This document shows positions 56,427-64,000 of a DNA stretch of 64,000 bases, one piece after another. Under the pieces are notes generated by a model that worked only from the letters and a program-made list of their open reading frames with translations, ran no database searches and was not told the origin of the DNA. Location of the stretch: NCBI GenBank assembly GCA_964591315.1, contig CAZQAT010000001.1, forward strand, positions 81,673-145,672. Reading direction: 5' to 3'. Positions within the stretch are counted from its first letter, which is position 1. Each line of letters begins with the position of its first letter. The DNA comes from an uncultured Planctomycetaceae bacterium (GTDB taxonomy: Bacteria > Planctomycetota > UBA1135 > GCA-002686595). The position numbers and the translations under genes are program-made.

Positions 56427-57481
56427 ACGAGCCTGTCTTCCTGGGCTTCAGCTGGCTGCGGCCGGCGGACCTCGCCTGGCTCCTGCTGGCGCCCCTGCTG
56501 GTGGGCTTCGGCCTGTGGAGCCTCACGGCCCGGCGCCGGAGTCTCGACCGGCTGGTGGACGCGCGGCACCTCGAGCGCTTCGCGCCCCGCCGCTCGCGCC
56601 TGGTGCACCTGGCGCGGGTGCTGCTCGCGGTGGCGGCGACCTTCTTCCTGGCCCTCTCCCTGGTGGGGCCGGTGCGGGGCTACAGCCTGCGGGAGGTGGA
56701 GCGCAAGGGCCTCGACCTGGTCGTGTGCCTCGACACCTCGCGCTCGATGCTGGTGGAGGACCTGCGGCCGAACCGCCTCGAGCGCGCCAAGCGCGAGATC
56801 CAGGGCCTGCTCGAGAAGCTCGAGGGCGACCGCGTCGCGGTGCTGGCCTTCGCCGGCGACGTGCGCCGCGTGGCGCCCCTGACCCACGACCGCCACACCC
56901 TCTCGGCCTTCGTCTCGACCCTCTCGCCGCGGGACAATCTGGTGGGGGGCACGAACCTGGGCGCGGCCCTCGAGGCTGCCCTGGAGCTCTTCGACGGGCG
57001 CACCGGCTCCCACGAGGCGGTCGTGCTGCTGACCGACGGCGAGGACCTGGAGGGCCGCGGCCTCGAGGTGGCGATGACCGCCGCCGAGCGCGGCATCCGC
57101 GTCTACGTGGTGGGCATGGGCACCGAGGGCGGCGGCAAGATCTCCGACGGTGTGGCCGGCTTCGTGCGCGACGAGGCGGGCGACGAGGTGGTCTCGGCCC
57201 TGGACGGCACCACCCTCGAGGCGATCTCCGACGAGACCGGCGGCGCCTACCTGTCGGCCGCCAGGAGCGCCCTGCCCCTGGAGGAGCTCTACGACAAGCG
57301 TATGTCCCAGCTCGAGGCCCGCGCCCTGTGGGCCGGCCGCGAGCGGATCCCGCACGACCGCTACCAGTGGCCCCTGGTGCTGGCCTTCGCCTGCATGTTG
57401 ATCGAGGTGTCCCTGCGCGAGCGCCGGCCCGAGGTCCGCGCCACGACCCCGTCCGAGGAGGTGCGTGATGCGCTGGCTTGA
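56423..57481 (+). CDS. batB: VWA-domain membrane protein BatB
   Basis: GTGA overlap with the upstream gene. TM segments, the MIDAS motif DLVVCLDTSRSM, and the VWA core AVVLLTDGEDLEG. Confidence 0.85.
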   Translation: MNEPVFLGFSWLRPADLAWLLLAPLLVGFGLWSLTARRRSLDRLVDARHLERFAPRRSRLVHLARVLLAVAATFFLALSLVGPVRGYSLREVERKGLDLVVCLDTSRSMLVEDLRPNRLERAKREIQGLLEKLEGDRVAVLAFAGDVRRVAPLTHDRHTLSAFVSTLSPRDNLVGGTNLGAALEAALELFDGRTGSHEAVVLLTDGEDLEGRGLEVAMTAAERGIRVYVVGMGTEGGGKISDGVAGFVRDEAGDEVVSALDGTTLEAISDETGGAYLSAARSALPLEELYDKRMSQLEARALWAGRERIPHDRYQWPLVLAFACMLIEVSLRERRPEVRATTPSEEVRDALA

Positions 57482-58589
57482 GGCCCTGGCCTTGGTGACG
57501 AGCCTGGCGGTCTTCGTCGCCACGCTCCTGTTCACCGACCCCGTGAGCTCCCCGGGGCTCCGCACGGGCCTGGAGGAGGTGCGTGAGCTGGCCGAGGCGG
57601 GGGAGACCGACGCCGCCCTGCTCCGTGGCCACGTCCTGCTGGCGCCGAACGCCTTCGCCGGGTGGCGGCGGACCCTCGAGCTCGAGGAGGCTGGCCTCGT
57701 CCTGTCGGCGGTCGAGGCCCTCGACCCGCTCTTCACGCTGCTGCGGCTCTCAGGGCTCTCGCGGCGCGAGCGGGCCCACGTGCAGTTCGCCCTCGCCACG
57801 GTCCACGCGGGCGCAGAGGAGGACGAGGAGAATCCGGGGGGCCACCGGGCCGCCGCCCGCCGCGAGCTGGGCTCCGCCCTGGCCGGCGCCGGATCGGGGG
57901 ACCTGCGCCTCGACGCCCAGTACGACCTCGGCACCCTGTCGCTCCTCGAGGGCGAGGAGTGGCGCGCGCAGCTCCCCGAGCTCGGCGGCCAGCCGCCGGC
58001 CGGCGCCCAGGCCACGGTGCCCATGGGCGCGCCCCCCGCGCCCGGCGCCGACGCGCCGGAGCCCCCGGATCCCCTCGAGCAAGCGCGTCGTGCCTACCTC
58101 GAGGCGAAGGACCACCTCGTCGTGCGCCTGCGCCTCGACTTCGAGGACGCGGACACCCGCGCCAACACGGAGCTGGTGATGCGCCGCCTGCGCGAGCTCG
58201 ACGAGATCGAGCAGCAGCGCCAGGAGCAGCAGCAAGAGCAAGAGGACCAGCAGCAGGATCCCCAGGAGCAGGAGGATCAACAGGACTCCCAGCAGGACGA
58301 GCAGCAACCAGAGGAGCAGCAGGACCAGCAGGACTCCCAGGAAGAAGGCCAGGACCCTCGACAGGAGGAGCCCGAGCCCCAGGAGCCCCCGGAGGAGCCC
58401 GAGCCCCAGGAGCCCGAGGACCAACCGGGCGAGGAAGAGACCGAGGAGCAACCCCCCGAGGAGCGCTTCCTGACCAAGGAGGAGGTGCAGCGCCTGCTCG
58501 AGCGCCTCAAGGAGCACGAACAGCGGGGCGAGGAGCTGCGCGAGCGCATGCGCGCCCGGCGCCGTCGTCCCACCGCCAGGGACTGGTGA
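57465..58589 (+). CDS. BatC-position protein: N-terminal TM segment, helical region, and a long acidic Q/E/P low-complexity tract
   Basis: It occupies the position between batB and batD. The N-terminal TM segment is LEALALVTSLAVFVATLLF. A Q/E/D/P-rich tract of roughly 85 aa is followed by FLTKEEVQRLLERLKEHEQRGEELRERM. Confidence 0.5.
   Translation: MMRWLEALALVTSLAVFVATLLFTDPVSSPGLRTGLEEVRELAEAGETDAALLRGHVLLAPNAFAGWRRTLELEEAGLVLSAVEALDPLFTLLRLSGLSRRERAHVQFALATVHAGAEEDEENPGGHRAAARRELGSALAGAGSGDLRLDAQYDLGTLSLLEGEEWRAQLPELGGQPPAGAQATVPMGAPPAPGADAPEPPDPLEQARRAYLEAKDHLVVRLRLDFEDADTRANTELVMRRLRELDEIEQQRQEQQQEQEDQQQDPQEQEDQQDSQQDEQQPEEQQDQQDSQEEGQDPRQEEPEPQEPPEEPEPQEPEDQPGEEETEEQPPEERFLTKEEVQRLLERLKEHEQRGEELRERMRARRRRPTARDW
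58365..58415 (+). repeat. 24-bp direct repeat GAGGAGCCCGAGCCCCAGGAGCCC x2 (27-bp period) inside a CAG/GAG-rich low-complexity coding tract (about 58209-58464)
   Basis: Read directly. It encodes EEPEPQEP twice. Confidence 0.8.
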
Positions 58590-58594
58590 TCGCC

Positions 58595-60361
58595 ATGAAT
58601 CGACGAACCCACGACGCACTCCGATCGACCTGGGCCCGCCTCCTCGCGGTCCTCTTCCCGGCGCTCCTCTCGGGCGCCGCCGCGCCCCAGGGCAGGACGC
58701 CCGAGGTCACCGCTCAGCTCGCCACCGGGGTGGTCAAGCTCGGCGCGGTCGTCAGCTGCGTGGTGCAGGTGGGGGACGCCCGCGAGGCGACCATCCGCGA
58801 GGTGCCCACGGTGGACGGCCTGCCCCTCGAGCGCATCAGCGGCCCCAGCGTCAACCGCTCGATGAGCCAGATCGGCGGCCGCATCCGCCAGCGCACGGTC
58901 CTCTCCTGGGTGGTCACCTTCCGGCCCCAGCGCAAGGGCGACTTCGTGATCCCGCCCATGGAGCTCGACGTGGACGGCAAGGCCGCCTACACCCGCGAGC
59001 TGACCCTGAGCGTGGTCGAGGACCTGGTGGGGGAAGAGCTGGGACACTTCGAGTTCCTCGGCGCCCCCGAGACGGTCTACGAGGGCCAGCCCTTCACCCT
59101 GCGCATGCAGTTCGGCTGGGACACCAAGCTCGAGGGGATGGTGAACTACGCCAACCTGATCCTGCCCTGGTGGAACGAGCTGCCCGGCACCCTCGAGGTT
59201 GACGGCGGCGCCGACCAGCCCGGCGCACGCTACGTGGAGGTGCAGGTCAACTCCCGCTCTCGCGTGCGCGCGATCGAGCTCGGCGAGCGGGAGCTGGACG
59301 GCACGCGCTTCCGCGTCCTCGAGCTCTCGCGCTCCTTCGTGGCGACCCGCTCGGGGCGCCTGGACTTTCCCCAGAGCTGGCTGGAGTTCGGCAGCATCCG
59401 CACGCGGGTCTTCAGCGAGAAGCGCGAGACCTATCACGTCGGTGTGCCCGCCTTCGCCGTGGAGGTGCGCACCTTGCCCGAGGCGGGGCGGCCGCCGGAG
59501 TTCTCCGGTGGCGTGGGGCGCTTCGAGGTCCAGGGGGACGTCAACCGCCGGGACCTGGACCTGGGGGAGTCGATCAAGCTGACCGTCGACTGGACCGGCG
59601 AGGCCAACCTCGAGTTCTTCGAGCTCCCCAACCCCGCGCGCCTCGACGCCTTCGACGGCTTCCGGGTCTACGGCACGACCAACGAGCGCTTCTACGGAGA
59701 CCGGCGCCGCGTGGTCTACGACCTGGCGCCCAAGACCAGCGACGTCTTCGAGGTCCCGGCCCTGCCGCTGGTGGTCTTCGACCCCGAGGCCGGCGCCTAC
59801 CTGACCGTGGCCACACGCCCGATCCCGATCCGCGTTCGCGCTCCGGAGGGCGAGATGGGGCTCAGCCTCGAGGGAGAGGGGGCCGGACCGGTGCTGGCGG
59901 CCCGGGACATCCAGACGCGGCCGGACGAAGGGCAAGGCGCCGGCGCCGTCGGTGGGGGGGTCCTCGCCGCCGGCTGGTTCGGTCTGCCGTTGGCCTGGCT
60001 CGTGACCCGCGTCCTCGTGCGCCGCCGCGGCGATCCGGACGCTCCCGCCGCGCGTCGCCGCCGGGCGGCGCTCAGGCGCCTGCGCAAGCAGCTGCGCCGG
60101 GCGGGGTCGGCCGGCGAGCAGGCCCGGGCCCTGGCCTGCTTCCTGGCGGACCGCACGGACGAGGAGCCCGAGGCCTGGGAGGGGCGCGACCCGGTCGGCT
60201 GGTGCCGCGAGGTGGAGCTCGAGCTCCACCCGGCGGCCCTGCAAGAACTCGTGGACCTGAACGTCGAGCTCGACCGCCGGCGCTGGGCCGAGGACGACGG
60301 CAGGCTCGAGAGCGGTCGCTTCGAGCGCGTGGCGGATGCCCTGCTGGCGGGGGGGCTGTGA
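58595..60361 (+). CDS. batD: BatD-family (oxygen-tolerance) protein
   Basis: I placed the start at MNRRTHDALRS, which gives a signal peptide. Repeated beta-sandwich modules carry VGDAREATI and GDFVIPPMELDVDG. A C-terminal TM segment reads VLAAGWFGLPLAWLV. Confidence 0.8.
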   Translation: MNRRTHDALRSTWARLLAVLFPALLSGAAAPQGRTPEVTAQLATGVVKLGAVVSCVVQVGDAREATIREVPTVDGLPLERISGPSVNRSMSQIGGRIRQRTVLSWVVTFRPQRKGDFVIPPMELDVDGKAAYTRELTLSVVEDLVGEELGHFEFLGAPETVYEGQPFTLRMQFGWDTKLEGMVNYANLILPWWNELPGTLEVDGGADQPGARYVEVQVNSRSRVRAIELGERELDGTRFRVLELSRSFVATRSGRLDFPQSWLEFGSIRTRVFSEKRETYHVGVPAFAVEVRTLPEAGRPPEFSGGVGRFEVQGDVNRRDLDLGESIKLTVDWTGEANLEFFELPNPARLDAFDGFRVYGTTNERFYGDRRRVVYDLAPKTSDVFEVPALPLVVFDPEAGAYLTVATRPIPIRVRAPEGEMGLSLEGEGAGPVLAARDIQTRPDEGQGAGAVGGGVLAAGWFGLPLAWLVTRVLVRRRGDPDAPAARRRRAALRRLRKQLRRAGSAGEQARALACFLADRTDEEPEAWEGRDPVGWCREVELELHPAALQELVDLNVELDRRRWAEDDGRLESGRFERVADALLAGGL

Positions 60362-61134
60362 TGGTGTCGCGCACTCTCTTCATCCTCGCGCTCCTGCTCA
60401 CCCTCGCGTCGGGCGTCGCCCGGGCCCAGGTCGAGTCCTCCGCTCCCGACAGTTCGGCCGTCGCGGCCTACCGCGACGGCGACCTGGAGACCGCACGCCA
60501 CCTGTGGCTGGAGGCCCTCGAGGAGACCGAGCCGGCCCTCTCCGACGCCGAGCGCGGACGGCTCTGCTACAACCTCGGCAACCTCGCTGCCCGCGAGGAG
60601 GCTCATCTGGAGGCGGTCGCCTGGTACACGGCCTCCCTGCGCCTGCGACCCCGGGACCCGGACACCTGGGCCAACCTGGAGCTGGCCCGACAGAGGGCCG
60701 AGCTCGACCCCGCGGACCGGGGCGACCTGGCCGCGACGGTGGAGCGCCTGCTGGGCTCCTGGACCCCGGCGGAGGCCTCCTGGCTCGCGCTCCTCGGGCT
60801 CCTGCCCCTGACCGTCTGCCTGCTCCTCGAAGCCCTGCGTGGCGGCCGCCGCTGGCGCTGGCTCGCCCTCCTGGCCGCGGGCCTGACCCTGATCTGTGCG
60901 GGTCCCTGGTTGCGGCACGCCCTGGGCGCGGGCGACGCGCCACAGATGGTGCTCGCGACCGATGGCGCCGGCGTCCACGCCGAACCTCGCGCTGACGCGG
61001 AGCGCATCGCCGAGCTGGACGCGGCCGAGGTCGTGTTGCGCACCGACGGCCTGCCCGAGTGGATCGAGGTCCAGCTCGATGACGACCGACGCGGCTGGAT
61101 GAGGAGCGAGGGCCTGTTCCCTCTGAGCCGCTAG
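60361..61134 (+). CDS. batE: BatE-like TPR plus SH3b protein
   Basis: Signal peptide; TPR-like CYNLGNLAAREEAHLEAVAWYTASLRLRP; two TM segments; SH3b-like tail VHAEPRADAERIAELDAAEVVLRTDGLPEWIEVQLDDDRRGWM. Confidence 0.7.
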   Translation: MVSRTLFILALLLTLASGVARAQVESSAPDSSAVAAYRDGDLETARHLWLEALEETEPALSDAERGRLCYNLGNLAAREEAHLEAVAWYTASLRLRPRDPDTWANLELARQRAELDPADRGDLAATVERLLGSWTPAEASWLALLGLLPLTVCLLLEALRGGRRWRWLALLAAGLTLICAGPWLRHALGAGDAPQMVLATDGAGVHAEPRADAERIAELDAAEVVLRTDGLPEWIEVQLDDDRRGWMRSEGLFPLSR

Positions 61135-61247
61135 CCCGGAGTCAGCCGCGGAGCTCGGAGTTCGGACACTCCGGTAGGGAGTTCCGGGGGCGTGTTCTCC
61201 AGAGATCCCCTCAACCGCGGTCGATCTATCCGGGTAATAACGTCATA

Positions 61248-61619
61248 ATGGTGGACGGGCCAATCGGCTTCCTGACCCCACGTTTCGATACGCCTCCATC
61301 CATGTCCAAGGACCTCAAGCGCCACGTCTTCGTGTGCATCGCGAACCGCCCGCCCATGGCCGGGGCCTCTTGCGGATCCAACGGCTCCGCAGCGGTGATC
61401 GAGAAGCTGCAGTTCGCCTTGCTCGAGGGCGGCCTGATGGACCGCGTGCGGATCAACGGCTGCACCTGCCTCGGCCCCTGTGACGACGGGCCCAACCTGG
61501 TGATCTACCCCGAGGGCGTCTTCTACGCCCGGGTCACCCCCGAGGACGTGGACGAGATCGTGGAGAAGCACCTGGCTGGCGGCGAGCCGGTGGGGCGATT
61601 GGTCTACAAGGGCGAGTAG
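61248..61619 (+). CDS. Thioredoxin-like [2Fe-2S] ferredoxin
   Basis: Four Cys sit in the typical context: HVFVCIANR, GASCGSNG, CTCLGPCDDGPNLVIYPEG. The true start may be the in-frame ATG at 61302 (MSKDLKRH). Confidence 0.75.
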   Translation: MVDGPIGFLTPRFDTPPSMSKDLKRHVFVCIANRPPMAGASCGSNGSAAVIEKLQFALLEGGLMDRVRINGCTCLGPCDDGPNLVIYPEGVFYARVTPEDVDEIVEKHLAGGEPVGRLVYKGE

Positions 61620-61628
61620 ACGATCTCC

Positions 61629-62993
61629 TTGAAGGTCCTCCTGGTCTGCAACGGCTTTCCACCCAGCGGGCAGTGGGGGACGGAGTACTACACCCACCAG
61701 CTCGCGACGGGGCTCGAGCGCCAGGGCGACGAGGCCCTGGTGCTGCATCCCGTGCGTGACCCCCGGCGCCCGCGCTTCGACCTGCGCGAGGAGGAGCGCT
61801 ACGGCTTACGGGTGCTCGAGGTGGCCAACAGCGGGGATCCGCGCAAGGCCTTCGCCGACAGCTACCGCTGCGAGGGCATCGAGCGCGTCTTCGGGGAGGT
61901 CCTCGAGCGGGAGCGCCCGGACGTGGTGCACTTCATGCACCTCCTGTGGGGGCTCTCGGTGCGCCTGCCGCTCCTGGCCCGTGAGAGAGGCATCCGGACC
62001 GTGGTGACGCCCACGGACTTCGGGCTGATCTGTCACCGCGGGCAGCTCCGGGACTGGCGCGCCAGCGACTGCTCCGGGCCCACGGACCTGGAGCTCTGCG
62101 CCCGCTGCGTGCGCGAGCCCGGGCGCTGGGACCGTGGCCCCCTCTTGCGCCAGGCCAAGCGCCTGGCGGTCCACGGGCTGGCTGGTCTGGGGGGCTTCGG
62201 CCGCGTCGTCGTACGAGGCGACATCGAGGACCGGCATCGCTGCATCGCGGAGGCCAGCGCCGCGGTCGATCACTGGATCCTGCCCACTCGCACCCTGGGG
62301 GCGGCCCTCGAGCAGTTCGGCATCGGCCGCGAGAACTCCACCCAGCTGTACTACGGCATCGACGAGAGCAAGTACGCCCGGCGGGTTGAACAACCCCGGC
62401 GGGACGGCGTGCACTTCGTCTACATGAGCCAGTACATGCCCCACAAGGGGCTGGTGCGCCTGCTCGAGGCCGCTCGCATCCTCGAGCGACGGCTGCCCGA
62501 GTCGGTCGAGCCCTGGAGCCTGTCCCTGCACGGCAACGGCACTCGCGACCGGGACCGGCTCTACGCCCGCACGGTTCTGGCGGGGCCCCTGCCCCGGCAC
62601 GTGACCGACTGCGGCCCCTTCGAGCCCCTGAGGGCGCCGGAGATCCTGGCGGGAACGGACTGCGTGGTGGTGCCCTCGGAGTGGCACGAGAACGCGCCCC
62701 TGACCGTGCTGCAGGCCCGGGCGGCCGGGGTGCCGGTGATCGCCAGCGACGTGCCCGGCGTGCGGGAGATTCTCGAGCCCGGCCGCCACGGGCAGCTCTT
62801 TCCGGTGGGAGACGTGGAGACCCTGGCGGACCACATGGGCGCGGTCATCCGCGGCGAGTTCGGGCGCTACAGGCCCGCGCCCCTGGTGCGCTGGGAGGAG
62901 CACCTGGAGGCGGTGCGCAGGATCCACGCCGGCGAGGTGGGGCCCGTGCGCGTCCCGCAGCGCGCTCCCGCCCTGGCGGGTCAGGGGGGCTGA
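61629..62993 (+). CDS. GT4-family (GT-B fold) glycosyltransferase
   Basis: TTG start. MKVLLVCNGFPPSGQWGTEYY at the N-terminus. The C-terminal E-x7-E region is VVPSEWHENAPLTVLQARAAGVPVIASDVPGVREIL. Confidence 0.85.
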   Translation: MKVLLVCNGFPPSGQWGTEYYTHQLATGLERQGDEALVLHPVRDPRRPRFDLREEERYGLRVLEVANSGDPRKAFADSYRCEGIERVFGEVLERERPDVVHFMHLLWGLSVRLPLLARERGIRTVVTPTDFGLICHRGQLRDWRASDCSGPTDLELCARCVREPGRWDRGPLLRQAKRLAVHGLAGLGGFGRVVVRGDIEDRHRCIAEASAAVDHWILPTRTLGAALEQFGIGRENSTQLYYGIDESKYARRVEQPRRDGVHFVYMSQYMPHKGLVRLLEAARILERRLPESVEPWSLSLHGNGTRDRDRLYARTVLAGPLPRHVTDCGPFEPLRAPEILAGTDCVVVPSEWHENAPLTVLQARAAGVPVIASDVPGVREILEPGRHGQLFPVGDVETLADHMGAVIRGEFGRYRPAPLVRWEEHLEAVRRIHAGEVGPVRVPQRAPALAGQGG

Positions 62994-63009
62994 CCGGGGG
63001 CAGGCGCGC

Positions 63010-64000
63010 ATGGGGGCCCGAGGAGACACGCCGCCGCCGCAGCTGCGGATCGGCTTCCTGGTCTCCGGCTGGTGGCCCGAGCCGGGAGGCGTGCAGCGCC
63101 ACACGGCGGAGCTGGCCCAGGCCCTCGCCTGCCGCGGGCACCGGGTGTCGGCCCTGGCCTTCGGTGCCCGCGGGGCAGAGCCGGAGGAGTCGCAGGTGGG
63201 CGGGACCTGGCTGCGTCGGCTGCCCGATGACTGGCGCAGGCTGCGCGGCGCCGCGGACCTGCGCGGTCGAGCGCGGCTCGCCCGCGAGGTGGCGGCCTGG
63301 TGCGTGGAGCAGGGCCTCGACCTCCTGCACGTGCACGACACCGGGGGCTTCGGGACGGGCTGGATCCCGTCCCAGGCCAGGCGCCTGCCGGTCTTCTGGA
63401 CCTGGCACGACTACGGCGCCCTGTGTCCCCGCGGTCAGCTCTGGCACGTGGACGGTCGAGCCTGCGAACGCGCCGAGCCCAAGGAGTGCGCCGGCTGTGT
63501 GGCCCGCACCTGGACCGCGGTCGCCGGGGACGAGGAGCTGGAGACGCAGCTCGCCGCGCGCCTGGAGGACGGCCGTCGTGCGGCCGGGGCCTGCGCGCGG
63601 GTCTTCGCTCCTTCCGAGGCGGCCCGGGCCGTCTTCGGTCGCCACGGCCACGTGCAGGAGGGGGTCGAGTGGGCGGAGAACGCCACCGCCGTCGACGCCG
63701 TGCCCGTGCCGCGGCGGGCGCCGGACCCCGAACGCCTGGTGGTGGGCGTGCTCGGCAGCCTGCAGCCCTCCAAGGGCGTGCTCCAGCTCGCTCGCTGGAT
63801 CGCGGAGCTGGGGCCGCCCTTCGAGCTCGAGCTGCACGGTCCCGGGGTCGCCTACCACGGCGACGACGACACCCTCCGGAGCCTGCGGGCCCTGGTGGCC
63901 GAGGGCGCGCCCCTGCGCCTCGCCGGCGCCTTCGCTCCCGAGGAGCTGGACGATGTCCTGGGGCGCCTCGACCTGGTGGCCGTGCCGTCCCTGTGGGAGG
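63010..64000 (+). CDS. GT4-family glycosyltransferase, paralogue of the preceding gene; 3' end outside the window
   Basis: Hand-translated from the ATG at 63010; not in the track because it has no stop in the window. It reads RIGFLVSGWWPEPGGVQRHTAELAQAL...LDLVAVPSLWE. The Cys4 insertion is similar to that in the upstream paralogue. Confidence 0.7.
   Translation, partial: MGARGDTPPPQLRIGFLVSGWWPEPGGVQRHTAELAQALACRGHRVSALAFGARGAEPEESQVGGTWLRRLPDDWRRLRGAADLRGRARLAREVAAWCVEQGLDLLHVHDTGGFGTGWIPSQARRLPVFWTWHDYGALCPRGQLWHVDGRACERAEPKECAGCVARTWTAVAGDEELETQLAARLEDGRRAAGACARVFAPSEAARAVFGRHGHVQEGVEWAENATAVDAVPVPRRAPDPERLVVGVLGSLQPSKGVLQLARWIAELGPPFELELHGPGVAYHGDDDTLRSLRALVAEGAPLRLAGAFAPEELDDVLGRLDLVAVPSLWE

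Noticed and set aside
1-64000. Mobile elements, prophage or defence-island signatures, CRISPR arrays, tRNA or rRNA genes.
   Set aside because: I saw no transposase, integrase or Cas-like translations, no spaced direct-repeat arrays, and no cloverleaf-like conserved tRNA segments in the few intergenic regions. Composition looks uniform, apart from short lower-GC promoter regions.

Overview
This is a very GC-rich chromosomal segment with strong GC3 codon bias, from a Gram-negative bacterium. I cannot place the taxon from sequence alone. I saw no rRNA, tRNA, CRISPR array, transposase or integrase. The many long R/G/A/P-rich ORFs in the six-frame track are antisense shadows of the real genes.

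Coding content in order:
1. The partial end of a His/Cys-rich protein, an ECF sigma factor and a secreted protein with acidic calcium-loop repeats.
2. A minus-strand operon of two tandem B12-binding radical SAM enzymes, a 57-codon ORF that is absent from the track, and a pentaheme cytochrome c. This is my best candidate for an undescribed peptide-modification (RiPP-like) system.
3. Two giant secreted proteins built of carboxypeptidase-regulatory-like repeats.
4. About 16 kb of tightly packed minus-strand genes, narC-like-narGHJI-narK followed directly by Alternative Complex III (actABCDEF), and then a translationally coupled membrane-protein trio.
5. A histidine kinase plus sigma-54-dependent response regulator pair. 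It is flanked on both sides by near-consensus sigma-54 promoters with matching TGCATA-type palindromes, one facing narC and one facing a second narK that is fused to a DoxX-like domain.
6. A lipoprotein, recG, a HEAT-repeat protein, an SLT lytic transglycosylase and an MscS-family channel.
7. A complete moxR-DUF58-batABCDE-type operon.
8. A thioredoxin-like [2Fe-2S] ferredoxin and two paralogous GT4 glycosyltransferases, the second running off the window.

All family assignments come from motifs I could read in the translations. No database search was possible.
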